Made by a program: the position numbers and the translations under genes
In this document: positions 37,975-47,600 of the stretch, one piece after another
How positions within the stretch are numbered: position 1 is the stretch's first letter
Layout of the letters: every line of letters begins with the position of its first letter
IMG/VR virus record: IMGVR_UViG_3300042691_010759
Direction: 5' to 3' (one strand)
DNA: 64,000 nucleotides
From: an uncultured virus (IMG/VR IMGVR_UViG_3300042691_010759)
Taxonomy: Duplodnaviria; Heunggongvirae; Uroviricota; Caudoviricetes
Notes under the pieces: generated by a model
What the model was told of the DNA's origin: nothing
What the model saw: only the letters and a program-made list of their open reading frames with translations
Database searches by the model: none

Positions 37975-39009
37975 ATGATTGAAACAAAAGAAATGGATGT
38001 AAATCTATTGGAGGCTGCTTTCTATAATGGAGAGCAGAAGTTTAGCTATAGCGGGCTAAACAAATTATTATCAGCACCCTCAGTATTCTACAAAGAGTAT
38101 GTGCTAAAAGAAAGAGAAGATGAATCAAAGAAGTATTTAATAGAAGGTACTCTGATTCATTATTTGATTTTAGATCACCAGGGATTTGATGATAAATTCC
38201 TAGTAGCTACAGATGCGTTACCAAGTGAAAACAATATCAGCATTGCTGAGGAAATGTTTGAGCTTTACAAACGTAAAGTAGAAGAAGATCCTTTGAATGA
38301 AAACTTAGAGTTCTCTGACTTTAGAGAAGAGATACTTGCAAGTTTATTACAAAGAGATCTATGGCAAGCAGTAAAAGATGAAGATAAAAGAGCTGCCAAA
38401 ATTATTGAACCTAAGACTGAAGAGTACTTTAAGTTTTTGAAGAAACGTCAGGGAAGAACTATTATTGATTCTGCATTACTAGAAAAATCTACAAGGCGTG
38501 CGGATATCGTAAAAGAAAATCCTCAGATGAGAAATCTTTTAGGTATGGATCTAACAACAGATGGAGTTCATTTAGGAATCTACAATGAACTAGCATTAGA
38601 AATGGAGAAAGAAGAAGGAGTTCCGTTTGGTCTAAAGGGAATACTTGACAACATGGTTGTTGATGTTAGGGATAAGAAGATAATTATCAATGACTTCAAG
38701 ACAACCAGTAAAACACTTAAAGAGTTTTCAGAATCTGTAGAAAAATGGAACTATTGGTTACAAGCAATTATTTACATCAAGCTTGCCACTAAATTCCTAG
38801 AGTCACACATTGATAATACATGGCGTATTGAATTTAATTTTGTTGTGTTTGACAAGTATGATCAGCTCTACGCATTCCCTGTAACATCTGAAACTTTATC
38901 AGTTTGGTTAGAGAGATACAACGAAGTTATTAAGCATGCGTCTTATCATTACAATGCAAAAGATTATACATTGCCTTATGATTTTATTGTAGGTAACGTA
39001 AAACTTTAA
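37975..39009 (+). CDS. PD-(D/E)XK nuclease (RecB/Cas4-like)
   Basis: FSYS, GTLIH, KGILD...INDFKT, YWLQAIIY. Confidence 0.8.
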   Translation: MIETKEMDVNLLEAAFYNGEQKFSYSGLNKLLSAPSVFYKEYVLKEREDESKKYLIEGTLIHYLILDHQGFDDKFLVATDALPSENNISIAEEMFELYKRKVEEDPLNENLEFSDFREEILASLLQRDLWQAVKDEDKRAAKIIEPKTEEYFKFLKKRQGRTIIDSALLEKSTRRADIVKENPQMRNLLGMDLTTDGVHLGIYNELALEMEKEEGVPFGLKGILDNMVVDVRDKKIIINDFKTTSKTLKEFSESVEKWNYWLQAIIYIKLATKFLESHIDNTWRIEFNFVVFDKYDQLYAFPVTSETLSVWLERYNEVIKHASYHYNAKDYTLPYDFIVGNVKL

Positions 39010-39020
39010 TATACTTGTAT

Positions 39021-39605
39021 ATGAGACTGCAATCTTTATGGCCCAAATATATTCAAAAGAGTAGGATATTTTTCTATCCTATTCTAAGAATCCGCAGAGG
39101 TGTAAGTATTACACCAATCCAAACATACATAACCTGGGAAGACAAATACACACTCCAAGATTGCAAGTTTATAGTGACATACCATTTAAGAGAAGACAAG
39201 GAATTCAAAGTTTTTGAGCAAGAAAAGCTGCTCAACAATCCGTTGTTTGAAGATTTTTATGAATTAGAAGATAATACCGGCGCGTATATCTTTGACTTTG
39301 GTGCTTATAAATCTGACTATAAAAAGATTTTGCACGGAAAATATTCAAAAATATCGGATGAATATAAAAGAACTATTTTGAGTTTCTTTAAAGACCATAG
39401 TAGACATCATAGCTATATTGAAAGCTACCTATATCCGGAAAAGTACTTTGATAATTATGCAGAGTTACTTATTACGGAAGCTGTGGATAAATATCCAATG
39501 AAAAAATTGTTAGAAAAAGTAGGTGAATTATGTTCACTTCCAGATTTAGAGCAAGAAAAGCTAGAGGTTAAAGCAAAAGTTATTACATTTGAACTAGATA
39601 ATTAA
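39021..39605 (+). CDS. hypothetical protein
   Basis: GKYSKIS motif; start moved to ATG 39021. Confidence 0.7.
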   Translation: MRLQSLWPKYIQKSRIFFYPILRIRRGVSITPIQTYITWEDKYTLQDCKFIVTYHLREDKEFKVFEQEKLLNNPLFEDFYELEDNTGAYIFDFGAYKSDYKKILHGKYSKISDEYKRTILSFFKDHSRHHSYIESYLYPEKYFDNYAELLITEAVDKYPMKKLLEKVGELCSLPDLEQEKLEVKAKVITFELDN

Positions 39606-39616
39606 ACCAACTTATT

Positions 39617-40072
39617 ATGGCAAAAAAAGAAATCGGCCAAAACATGCTGCTTGTTACCTCATATTGGGGAAATGCAGATACATTTAAGATGATTCCTCTA
39701 ACAGAGGATTGTCCTTATGCAGAAGTAATTTATGATCCTGCTACAACGTTACTAGTAGTCATCAGTAAAATTGTGAAAGAGAACTTTCAAATGGTTCCTA
39801 CACTAGACAAAGATGGCAACTTAGTAAAAGCAAAAAGTCCAAAGACTAATGGAAAACCTTTTGCTGAACAACGTAGCAGACTTAATACACTGCAAGAATA
39901 TTATCTTCCAAATGCAGAAGAACAACGAAACTTCATCAAAATGTTCGCTACTAACAGTGAATCTTATGACTATGAAAAGTTTATAGAAGCAGGTAATAAA
40001 TCTGAACCATCTATTCATAAAGTAGAGAAGCTTTCTTTAGTTGATGAAAACGGAATGCCTCTAGTAAAATAA
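39617..40072 (+). CDS. hypothetical protein
   Basis: 151 aa; TACATTTG upstream; terminator-like hairpin 40092-40125. Confidence 0.7.
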   Translation: MAKKEIGQNMLLVTSYWGNADTFKMIPLTEDCPYAEVIYDPATTLLVVISKIVKENFQMVPTLDKDGNLVKAKSPKTNGKPFAEQRSRLNTLQEYYLPNAEEQRNFIKMFATNSESYDYEKFIEAGNKSEPSIHKVEKLSLVDENGMPLVK

Positions 40073-40134
40073 TCAAAATCATTTTGGTATGTAAAGGGGG
40101 AGCTGTATATTAGCTCTCCCTTTATTTATGCCAT

Positions 40135-40263
40135 ATGAATGAGACTGATTCAATAATTGATTACTTCATAGAAGTGATTAGACTAACAGAAGAGCTTCCA
40201 AATGATCAGGAACTTGGTAATGCAATACGTAAATTAATCAAAGAATTTCAAGAAGAAGGGTAG
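40135..40263 (+). CDS. small protein with PNDQELG motif (42 aa, not in ORF track)
   Basis: translated by hand; stop abuts the polymerase start. Confidence 0.55.
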   Translation: MNETDSIIDYFIEVIRLTEELPNDQELGNAIRKLIKEFQEEG

Positions 40264-40264
40264 T

Positions 40265-42256
40265 ATGAATCACTACGTAATGGACTATGAAACATTAGTC
40301 AATTGTTTTTTAGGTGTCTTTGAACACTATAAAAAAGATGATGAGACTCATGTGTTTACAATAGGTAAACTACGCAATGATTTACCGCAACTCTTAGAAT
40401 TCTTTGAGCAGAACGTTAAACATAATGAGTTTCATATATCATTTAATGGATTAGGATTTGATTCGCAAATTACAGAATTTATAATCAGAAATAGAGAAAG
40501 ATTGCTAATGCTAGATGGTGAAGCCGTAGGTAAAGCCATCTATAGAAAAGCACAAGACTGCATCCAGAGACAAGAGAAGGAAGAGTGGCAGGAGTGGTCT
40601 GAAAAAGATTTACACATAAAACAAATTGATGTATTCAAATTAAACCATTGGGACAACAAAGCAAAGAGATCTTCTCTTAAATGGATCCAATGTTCAATGC
40701 GGTGGCACAACGTACAAGATATGCCAATACATTACACAACACCAATTGAAACTGTAGAACAACTCAAAGAGATAGCTAAATATTGTAGAAATGATGTAGC
40801 TAGTACTAAGAATATAATGAAGCTTAGTGCAAAAGAAATACAGCTGAGAGGTACACTAACAAAAGAATATGGTATCAATCTTTATAGTGCGTCTGAACCA
40901 AAGATATCTAAAGACTTATTCTTACACTTTTTACAGAAGAGTACCGGAATAAACAAATGGGAACTTAAAGAGTTAAGAACTAGAAGAGAAGCCCTAGTAG
41001 TAAAAGATTTGATTCTTCCATATATCCAATTCAAAACACCGGAATTTCAAAAGCTTAAAGAAAACTTTAGCAAGCTTGTACTAGATCCTTTAAATCTAAA
41101 GGGACAGTTTAAGGCCTCTGTTAAATATCGCGGTGTAACTACAGACTTTGGCTTAGGCGGAGTTCATGGTGCAAAGCGTGGTATATATGAACCTGAAGAG
41201 CATATGATGATTATATCATCAGATGTAACAAGCTTCTATCCAAATCTTGCCATTAGAAATAAATGGGCCCCTGCACATCTTCCAAGAGAAGAGTTCTGTC
41301 AGTTGTATGAATGGTTCTTTGAAGAAAGAAAGAAGATTCCTAAATCAGATCCAAGAAACTATGTGTATAAGATTATACTTAATTCAACCTACGGTTTAAC
41401 AAATGAGGAAAACTCTTTTCTGTATGATCCGGAAATGACAATGCGTATCACAATTAATGGTCAGCTAAGTCTGATGTTATTGTATGAAATGCTTGCAGAA
41501 AATGTTCCAGGATCCATTCCTATAATGCAGAATACAGATGGTTTAGAAATGATGATTCCTAAACGTTACAAGGAAAAGTATTTTGAGATATGTAGTGAAT
41601 GGGAAAAGCTAACACAGCTACAGCTAGAACATGATGAGTATCAAAAATTAATTGTACCAGATGTCAATAATTACATTGGCATTTATAAGTTTAAAGAGGT
41701 AGATAAAGAAGCCTTCTTTAAACTGCAAGAAGAAAATCCAAGAGATCTATTCAAAAAAGAAAATGGTAAGTATTACTATGCTAAAACAAAATGTAAGGGA
41801 CGCTTTGAAATTGACAAAGCCTTACATAAGAACCATAGTTTTCTTGCTATAACTAAAGCTTTATATTATTATTTTGTACACAATGTAGATCCTAAAATTA
41901 CACTTGAAAAGAATAAAGATATTCTTGATTTTTGTGGACAAAGTAAAATAAAGGGGAACTGGAAATTTGTAAAGACAGGTGTAAATAGTGGACAATATTA
42001 TGAAGAAGATCTTCAGAAAACTCTCCGCTACTATGTGTCTAAATCAGGTTGTAAAATTATTAAAGAAAACTTAGAAGATCGGAGAAAGATAAATGTAATT
42101 TCTGGAGAATGGATGCAGGTTATATTCAACCAATATGAAGAGCAGACATGGGAAGATTACAATATTAATACAAAATTCTATCTTGAAAAAGTCAACCAGG
42201 AAATCAAAGCAATGTCCCCAGAGATTTTTAAAAATCAATTATCCTTAAACTTTTAA
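40265..42256 (+). CDS. polB: family B DNA polymerase
   Basis: exonuclease DYET, FNGLGFD, YCRND; polymerase DVTSFYP, KIILNSTYG, NTDG. Confidence 0.92.
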   Translation: MNHYVMDYETLVNCFLGVFEHYKKDDETHVFTIGKLRNDLPQLLEFFEQNVKHNEFHISFNGLGFDSQITEFIIRNRERLLMLDGEAVGKAIYRKAQDCIQRQEKEEWQEWSEKDLHIKQIDVFKLNHWDNKAKRSSLKWIQCSMRWHNVQDMPIHYTTPIETVEQLKEIAKYCRNDVASTKNIMKLSAKEIQLRGTLTKEYGINLYSASEPKISKDLFLHFLQKSTGINKWELKELRTRREALVVKDLILPYIQFKTPEFQKLKENFSKLVLDPLNLKGQFKASVKYRGVTTDFGLGGVHGAKRGIYEPEEHMMIISSDVTSFYPNLAIRNKWAPAHLPREEFCQLYEWFFEERKKIPKSDPRNYVYKIILNSTYGLTNEENSFLYDPEMTMRITINGQLSLMLLYEMLAENVPGSIPIMQNTDGLEMMIPKRYKEKYFEICSEWEKLTQLQLEHDEYQKLIVPDVNNYIGIYKFKEVDKEAFFKLQEENPRDLFKKENGKYYYAKTKCKGRFEIDKALHKNHSFLAITKALYYYFVHNVDPKITLEKNKDILDFCGQSKIKGNWKFVKTGVNSGQYYEEDLQKTLRYYVSKSGCKIIKENLEDRRKINVISGEWMQVIFNQYEEQTWEDYNINTKFYLEKVNQEIKAMSPEIFKNQLSLNF

Positions 42257-42268
42257 ATTAAATTAGTT

Positions 42269-44017
42269 ATGCCTAGAAAAATAGGAGGAGTTGCTAGAAG
42301 TATTCTAGTAAATGCGCCGTTGCCTGAAGCAACGGATACATACACAGTTATATCACATAACTTTGTTATTACAAAAATTCTTAAAACCCTTGAAGATAAT
42401 GGGTTTGAAGTAAATGAAGAACTATACAGATGTACAAAAGATGCTCAAGTAGCGTCTGGTATTTATAGGATTAATTATGATAATGATCCTGACATGGGAA
42501 TGATCTTCGCATTTGGCAATTCATATGATAAATCAATGCGATTTAAGTGTGCTATTGGAGCATACTTGTATAAGAATCAAGCGTCCCTGATAAGCAAGAT
42601 GAGTGACTGGAATAGAAAGCATACCGGTACAGCTGACCAAGAAACTCAAGAAACAATTGAGAATCAAATTCAAAACGCCGGGGAATACTTTAGAGAACTG
42701 AAAGAGCAAAAAGAAGCTATGATGTTAATAGAGTTAGAAGCTAAACAGTTCCACCGTCTAATGGGAGAACTATACTTTAGTAAACTCATAACAGGTGAGC
42801 AACTTTCTATTGTTAAAAGAGAGTTTGAAAAGCCCTCTTATAAGTATGAGACATCTCCATTAAATCTTTGGACGCTTTACAATCACATACTAGTTGCACT
42901 TAAAATAAGTCATCCTAGAACATGGATGGAACAACAAACAATGATTCACTTAAAACTTGCTGTGGACTTCGGCCTTATAGCATTTGATTCTGAAGAGGAG
43001 GCGCTTGATAAAAAACAATCTGTTTTATCTTCAAATAGTCAAGGTAATCTTTCAATGTTCCTTCCTGGTTATGCTCCAACAAACTCTCCAGAACCATTAC
43101 CGGAAGCTGTACAATTTGAAGCTGAAGAAGATTGGGATGATGAGGAAGAAGTAATTCTTACTGAGCCTGAAGAGATTGATGAAGAAGAAACTATCTTAGA
43201 TTCTGAAAAAACATTTGTAGAAGCTTTAGAAGAAAAGATGATTGAACAAGCAGAAGAAGATGCTAAAGTTCTTGAAGAACTTGCATGGGGAGGAGATGTT
43301 GCAGAGGTTCCTGAAACAGCTCCGGAACGTGTAAAGTTTGCAGTAGATCTCACTGAAGAAGAATTGATTCCTATAGAAGAGGAAGAGATTATTGAAGAGG
43401 AAATTATTGAACAAGAAATCATAGAGGATGACGAAGAACCTATTAATGATTTTCCTGAAATAACAGGTATTCCAAACGGAAACACTATGAGTGACACTAG
43501 TGATCTTGACGCAGAAGAAGATGAGGAGTGGGAACAACTTGAAGCTCAAGGTGTAATCACCCCTATTGAAATCAAAGCAGAAGAAGTAGAAGAAGAAATA
43601 CTTGAAGAAGAAATAGAAGTTCCTTGGATTGAAGATGAAGAATCAGAAGTTACTGAAGAAGTCATAGAAAAAGAAACTATTGTAGAATCTACAGGTGTAT
43701 TGTTTGATTTGGAAGAAGGATATGAACCAGGAATAAAACCAGTAGTAGGTCTTGATGAGCCTGTTCAAATTATGTCACCTGAAGAAGCAAAACAAAAATC
43801 ACAAGCTGCGCAACAAAGTCTAGAAATAGAAGAAGTTGAAGTAGAAGAAACTATTGATACAGCAGTTGAATCTGCTATTGCCTCTGAGCTAGAAGAACTT
43901 TATGGTTATAAACCAAAGTTTACATTTAAAGAATCCGGAGATCAGTATAATATCATACTAGAATCAGGAGAAAGTGTAGTATTATCTGCAGCATATATCA
44001 ACTCAATTATAGGTTAA
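42269..44017 (+). CDS. DUF932-like domain with long Glu-rich C-terminal extension
   Basis: TYTVISH, NSYDKS, RKHTG, LWTLYN; about 300 aa acidic low-complexity tail. Confidence 0.55.
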   Translation: MPRKIGGVARSILVNAPLPEATDTYTVISHNFVITKILKTLEDNGFEVNEELYRCTKDAQVASGIYRINYDNDPDMGMIFAFGNSYDKSMRFKCAIGAYLYKNQASLISKMSDWNRKHTGTADQETQETIENQIQNAGEYFRELKEQKEAMMLIELEAKQFHRLMGELYFSKLITGEQLSIVKREFEKPSYKYETSPLNLWTLYNHILVALKISHPRTWMEQQTMIHLKLAVDFGLIAFDSEEEALDKKQSVLSSNSQGNLSMFLPGYAPTNSPEPLPEAVQFEAEEDWDDEEEVILTEPEEIDEEETILDSEKTFVEALEEKMIEQAEEDAKVLEELAWGGDVAEVPETAPERVKFAVDLTEEELIPIEEEEIIEEEIIEQEIIEDDEEPINDFPEITGIPNGNTMSDTSDLDAEEDEEWEQLEAQGVITPIEIKAEEVEEEILEEEIEVPWIEDEESEVTEEVIEKETIVESTGVLFDLEEGYEPGIKPVVGLDEPVQIMSPEEAKQKSQAAQQSLEIEEVEVEETIDTAVESAIASELEELYGYKPKFTFKESGDQYNIILESGESVVLSAAYINSIIG

Positions 44018-44021
44018 ACCT

Positions 44022-44042
44022 TGACAGCCGGGAAAGACCGGC
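44022..44042 (+). promoter_or_regulatory. boxB-like hairpin
   Basis: GACA GCCGG-GAAAGA-CCGGC directly before the tRNA-like RNA. Confidence 0.4.
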
Positions 44043-44046
44043 ATAT

Positions 44047-44152
44047 ACCTGGATGGCGGAATTGGTTATACGCAAGGACAGTGGGCTGCATAAGCTTGCT
44101 TATAAAAAGGTTTCCTAAAGAAGTGCAGGTTCGAGTCCTGCTCCAGGTGCTA
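44047..44152 (+). ncRNA. tRNA-like RNA (Leu-type frame) with expanded non-canonical anticodon arm
   Basis: acceptor ACCTGGA/TCCAGGT; D arm GCG..GG..CGC; T arm GCAGG-TTCGAGT-CCTGC; about 30 nt in place of the 7-nt anticodon loop; 3' GCTA. Confidence 0.7.
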
Positions 44153-44169
44153 TTACTAAATCAAATCAA

Positions 44170-44742
44170 ATGAAGTTATATAAAATGAATCAAGAGACTC
44201 TCCAAATGGAGAGAGTAAGGATATATCCTTACGTTGTATTATTGTTGTGTGGATTTATCTTTGTTTCTATGAAAGGAAGTGATAAAGAAATTAAATATGA
44301 GAAAGAGGTAACGGTTATTACTGAAACTCCTGAAGGATCTGAAATACCATTTACATTCAAAGCGTTTAAACAATTTGTTCTTGATTGTAAAATAAAGTTT
44401 CCAGATATTGTCATAGCACAAGCAGTTGAAGAAAGTGGAGAATTTAAGTCGGATATATGGATAGAAAATCATAACCCATTTGGAATGAAGTTAGCAGGAT
44501 CCCGTAATACTACTAATGTAGGAGAAAACCGGGGACATGCTAAGTATAAGAATTGGCAAATGGCAGTGATTGACTATGCTTATATGCAGGCAGTATTTGC
44601 AAGAAAAATTAAAACAAGAAAAGGATATTATGAATACCTCAAAAACTACGCGGAGAATCCCAAATATGCTGACAACCTTAAAAGACATCTGCATAAGTAT
44701 AGGGGATTTAGTATTTCTAATGATTATTTGGATGATCTATGA
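44170..44742 (+). CDS. GH73 glucosaminidase-like peptidoglycan hydrolase with N-terminal hydrophobic segment
   Basis: IAQAVEESG, NHNPFGMK, YAENPKY. Confidence 0.75.
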   Translation: MKLYKMNQETLQMERVRIYPYVVLLLCGFIFVSMKGSDKEIKYEKEVTVITETPEGSEIPFTFKAFKQFVLDCKIKFPDIVIAQAVEESGEFKSDIWIENHNPFGMKLAGSRNTTNVGENRGHAKYKNWQMAVIDYAYMQAVFARKIKTRKGYYEYLKNYAENPKYADNLKRHLHKYRGFSISNDYLDDL

Positions 44743-45503
44743 ATAGTATAGAAAAAGCTATTATGAGAAAAAAACATATAGTATGCTTTTCAGGGGGCAA
44801 AGATTCTGCAGCTATGTTACTACGCATGATTGAATTAGGCATGCCTATTGACATGGTACTATTTGCAGATACAGGTAAAGAATTTCCACAGTTATACGCT
44901 TATGTAAAACGAATGGAAGAACACGTTAACTCTCTAGGGATTGAATTCAAAAGAGTAGCCCCTACAAAAACGTGGGACGATTGGTTCTTTGGTAATGTAT
45001 CAAGAGGAAAACTTGAAGGTCAACAACGTGGTTGGCCTTTAATGTTATTCCATTGTTGGTGGAGCCGTGAAGCAAAACATAATACAATGGATCCTATTTG
45101 TACCGGTAACATTAGATACCTTGGATTTGGTGTAAATGAAAAGACAAGAGTTACTGCAGCACGAAAACAAAAAGAAACATGGGCTGTGCCATTAGCTGAT
45201 TGGAATTGGACTGAAGCCAAAGCATTACAATACCTAATTGATATTGGATGGGCTGAACAATTCCATATTGACTTCAATAGAACCGGATGTTTTCTATGTC
45301 CAAAACAAGGAGAGAAAGCATTGGAAACTGTTCGTACTAAATACCCTGAACAATGGAAAGAATTAATGTGGTATGCTGAACGTACAGATAAAGATTTCAA
45401 ACCAGGAATCTCTTACCAAGACTTATTAAACATGGAAAAAGGAATACTTCCTTCTTCTAAACCAAAGGATCCAAATCAAGGATGCTTTGATTTTGAATAT
45501 TAA
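44739..45503 (+). CDS. PAPS-reductase-family (PP-loop) protein 1
   Basis: FSGGKDS, FADTG.EFP, RTGCFLCP. Confidence 0.8.
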   Translation: MNSIEKAIMRKKHIVCFSGGKDSAAMLLRMIELGMPIDMVLFADTGKEFPQLYAYVKRMEEHVNSLGIEFKRVAPTKTWDDWFFGNVSRGKLEGQQRGWPLMLFHCWWSREAKHNTMDPICTGNIRYLGFGVNEKTRVTAARKQKETWAVPLADWNWTEAKALQYLIDIGWAEQFHIDFNRTGCFLCPKQGEKALETVRTKYPEQWKELMWYAERTDKDFKPGISYQDLLNMEKGILPSSKPKDPNQGCFDFEY

Positions 45504-45524
45504 AAACCTTTAAATCAGAATAAG

Positions 45525-45989
45525 ATGGAAGCAAAACTAAAGAAAATAGATCCTCATTATTTTTTGATAGTTGATGATAAGACATTTGGATCAACTATGG
45601 AACCACATTTAAGTGCATCAATCAGACATGCATTATCACTTAAAAATTGCCAAGCAATTGAACGTGGTTATGATTTGGATGCTATAGCTGATGAATTAGC
45701 ATTTAAGCATGATGACAGATTTACATTAGCGTTAGTTGCATTACGAAGAGGAATGGAGTTGATGGGTGATAAGAAGTTTAGTGAGGAGGATGTTAAACAA
45801 GCATATCTAATTGGTTGTGATAAACAAACAACAAATAATTATCATGTGGAAAGAAACCTACAGTCACTCCAACAAACTGAATGGGATGTTGAGATAGTTA
45901 TGGAAGAAGTTTCTATAGGAGATAAATATACTCCTGAGCCTAAACCAAAACTTGATGTAGATGGCTGTTTAATTTTAAAACGTAAGTAA
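45525..45989 (+). CDS. hypothetical protein
   Basis: 154 aa; starts inside the junction repeat. Confidence 0.7.
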   Translation: MEAKLKKIDPHYFLIVDDKTFGSTMEPHLSASIRHALSLKNCQAIERGYDLDAIADELAFKHDDRFTLALVALRRGMELMGDKKFSEEDVKQAYLIGCDKQTTNNYHVERNLQSLQQTEWDVEIVMEEVSIGDKYTPEPKPKLDVDGCLILKRK

Positions 45990-45990
45990 T

Positions 45991-46311
45991 ATGGAAAAAG
46001 AATTTGTGCCTTATGGGTTAGCTTTAAGAATGAAAGTGCTTGGCTTTGATGAACCTTGTATGTCTTCTAGAGATATGAATAATGGTGAAGGTCTTATACA
46101 ACTACCCCTTTACCAACAAGCATTTAGATGGTTTAGAGAGAAACATGGGCTGTTTGCAACAATTGATGGTTTGGAAGAAAGATTGTATTATAAGATTACT
46201 CAAACTAATGAATATTCTAAAGAATACAATACTTACGAAGAAGCAGAACTATTCTGCTTAAAAAAACTAATTGAAATTGTAGAATCTAAAGAGAAAGAAG
46301 ATGGCAAATAA
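45991..46311 (+). CDS. phage hypothetical protein
   Basis: KVLGFDEPC...LYQQAFRWFREKH...YEEAE. Confidence 0.7.
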   Translation: MEKEFVPYGLALRMKVLGFDEPCMSSRDMNNGEGLIQLPLYQQAFRWFREKHGLFATIDGLEERLYYKITQTNEYSKEYNTYEEAELFCLKKLIEIVESKEKEDGK

Positions 46312-46507
46312 ACAAACAGCAGTAGAATGGTTGTATGGCAAATGGTCAGAACAAGCTACTTTATATTTAGAAGACTTGGAACAAGCCAAAGCAATGGAGA
46401 AGGAGCAGATGTTAGACTTTGGTGAGTTTATCATTGATGAATTAGAACCTATGGCTCAGAATAGAGATTGGGTTGAAGAAAGATATAATCACTTTAAATT
46501 AGAATAA
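46301..46507 (+). CDS. KQTAVEW-family small protein, copy 1
   Basis: NKQTAVEW...QAKAMEKEQ; paralog of 47396..47599. Confidence 0.7.
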   Translation: MANKQTAVEWLYGKWSEQATLYLEDLEQAKAMEKEQMLDFGEFIIDELEPMAQNRDWVEERYNHFKLE

Positions 46508-46520
46508 GATTTAAAAGAAT

Positions 46521-47384
46521 ATGACAACAGTAAATAGTTTATCAGGAGGAAAGACTTCATCTTATTTAGCAGTACATTACCCGGCAGACATTGAAGTATT
46601 TGCCGTAGTATGTATAGATGATCACAATGCCAATGGTGGATTTTGGAGAAAAAATAAAAGCCTCTTACAGAGAGTTCAGGACAAATTAGAAAAGACATCA
46701 CCTAACTGGCCAGAGTTTAAGGCGACAGCAGAGGATCCACAAACGCTGATCACAATGCTTGAGCTAGAACAATTTACCGGCAGGGAAATCACTTGGGTAC
46801 GCGGCGTAGGATTTGATAGCCTAATTCAGGAAGTCAAACGCGCTGTACCCAATTTGAAAATGAGGTGGTGTACAGAGTATATGAAAATCATTCCTATGTT
46901 TGAATACATATACTTAAACCTAGAACTCCCAGTAGATATGAGGATTGGCTTCCGTTATGATGAAGCTGAACGTGCAACAGATCTTGACGCAACCATTGAC
47001 TTTCCCATCAATTGTAACAACTATGGAACCGGAAGACAAAATTGGGTAAAGAACTTTGAATACAGAGTATTATCCTATCCTCTAATAGATGATAAGATAA
47101 TGCGGCCTATGGTAAACAAATTTTGGGATGAGCATCCGCAAGTAACATTTCCGGAAGACACTGGTTGTCAAATTTGCTTTTGGAAAGATCCGCAACAAAT
47201 TAAATTAAACTACAACCGACCAGAACCCAAATCAGTTGTCCAGTGGGCTCACATCATGGAGGTTGTGATGGGTAATCGTTTCAAGAAAGAAATATCTATG
47301 GATGCCATAAGAGACATTGGTGTCCAAATGGATTTCTTCTCAGGAACAGGACCGGGATGTAAAGCCGGTATTTGTGGAATTTAA
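46521..47384 (+). CDS. PAPS-reductase-family (PP-loop) protein 2
   Basis: LSGGKTS, RWCTEYMK, IGFRYDE, GCQICF, C-terminal CKAGIC. Confidence 0.75.
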   Translation: MTTVNSLSGGKTSSYLAVHYPADIEVFAVVCIDDHNANGGFWRKNKSLLQRVQDKLEKTSPNWPEFKATAEDPQTLITMLELEQFTGREITWVRGVGFDSLIQEVKRAVPNLKMRWCTEYMKIIPMFEYIYLNLELPVDMRIGFRYDEAERATDLDATIDFPINCNNYGTGRQNWVKNFEYRVLSYPLIDDKIMRPMVNKFWDEHPQVTFPEDTGCQICFWKDPQQIKLNYNRPEPKSVVQWAHIMEVVMGNRFKKEISMDAIRDIGVQMDFFSGTGPGCKAGICGI

Positions 47385-47395
47385 ATCAGAATAAG

Positions 47396-47599
47396 ATGAC
47401 AAATAAACAAACAGCAGTAGAATGGTTTATAAGTAAATTAAAAAACTTAGATGCCATTGATAATAAAGACATTAAACAAGCCAAAGAAATGGAGAAAGAG
47501 CAGATAATGGATGCTAGAATGAATGGTATCAACTCGGCTTTAAAAGGTTATGCAATAAGTAATGAACAATACTACAACGAAACCTTTAAATCAGAATAA
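47396..47599 (+). CDS. KQTAVEW-family small protein, copy 2
   Basis: start moved to ATG 47396; ends ETFKSE, encoded by the junction repeat. Confidence 0.7.
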   Translation: MTNKQTAVEWFISKLKNLDAIDNKDIKQAKEMEKEQIMDARMNGINSALKGYAISNEQYYNETFKSE

Positions 47600-47600
47600 T

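Noticed and set aside
37975..39009. Cas4 as part of a CRISPR-Cas system
   Set aside because: Stand-alone PD-(D/E)XK nuclease in a replication module, without the Cas4 Cys cluster or other cas genes.
43069..43549. Antisense Ser/Phe-rich ORFs
   Set aside because: Shadow frames of the Glu-rich coding strand.
44047..44152. Functional canonical tRNA-Leu
   Set aside because: No 7-nt anticodon loop with U33 can be drawn, so it is reported as tRNA-like.
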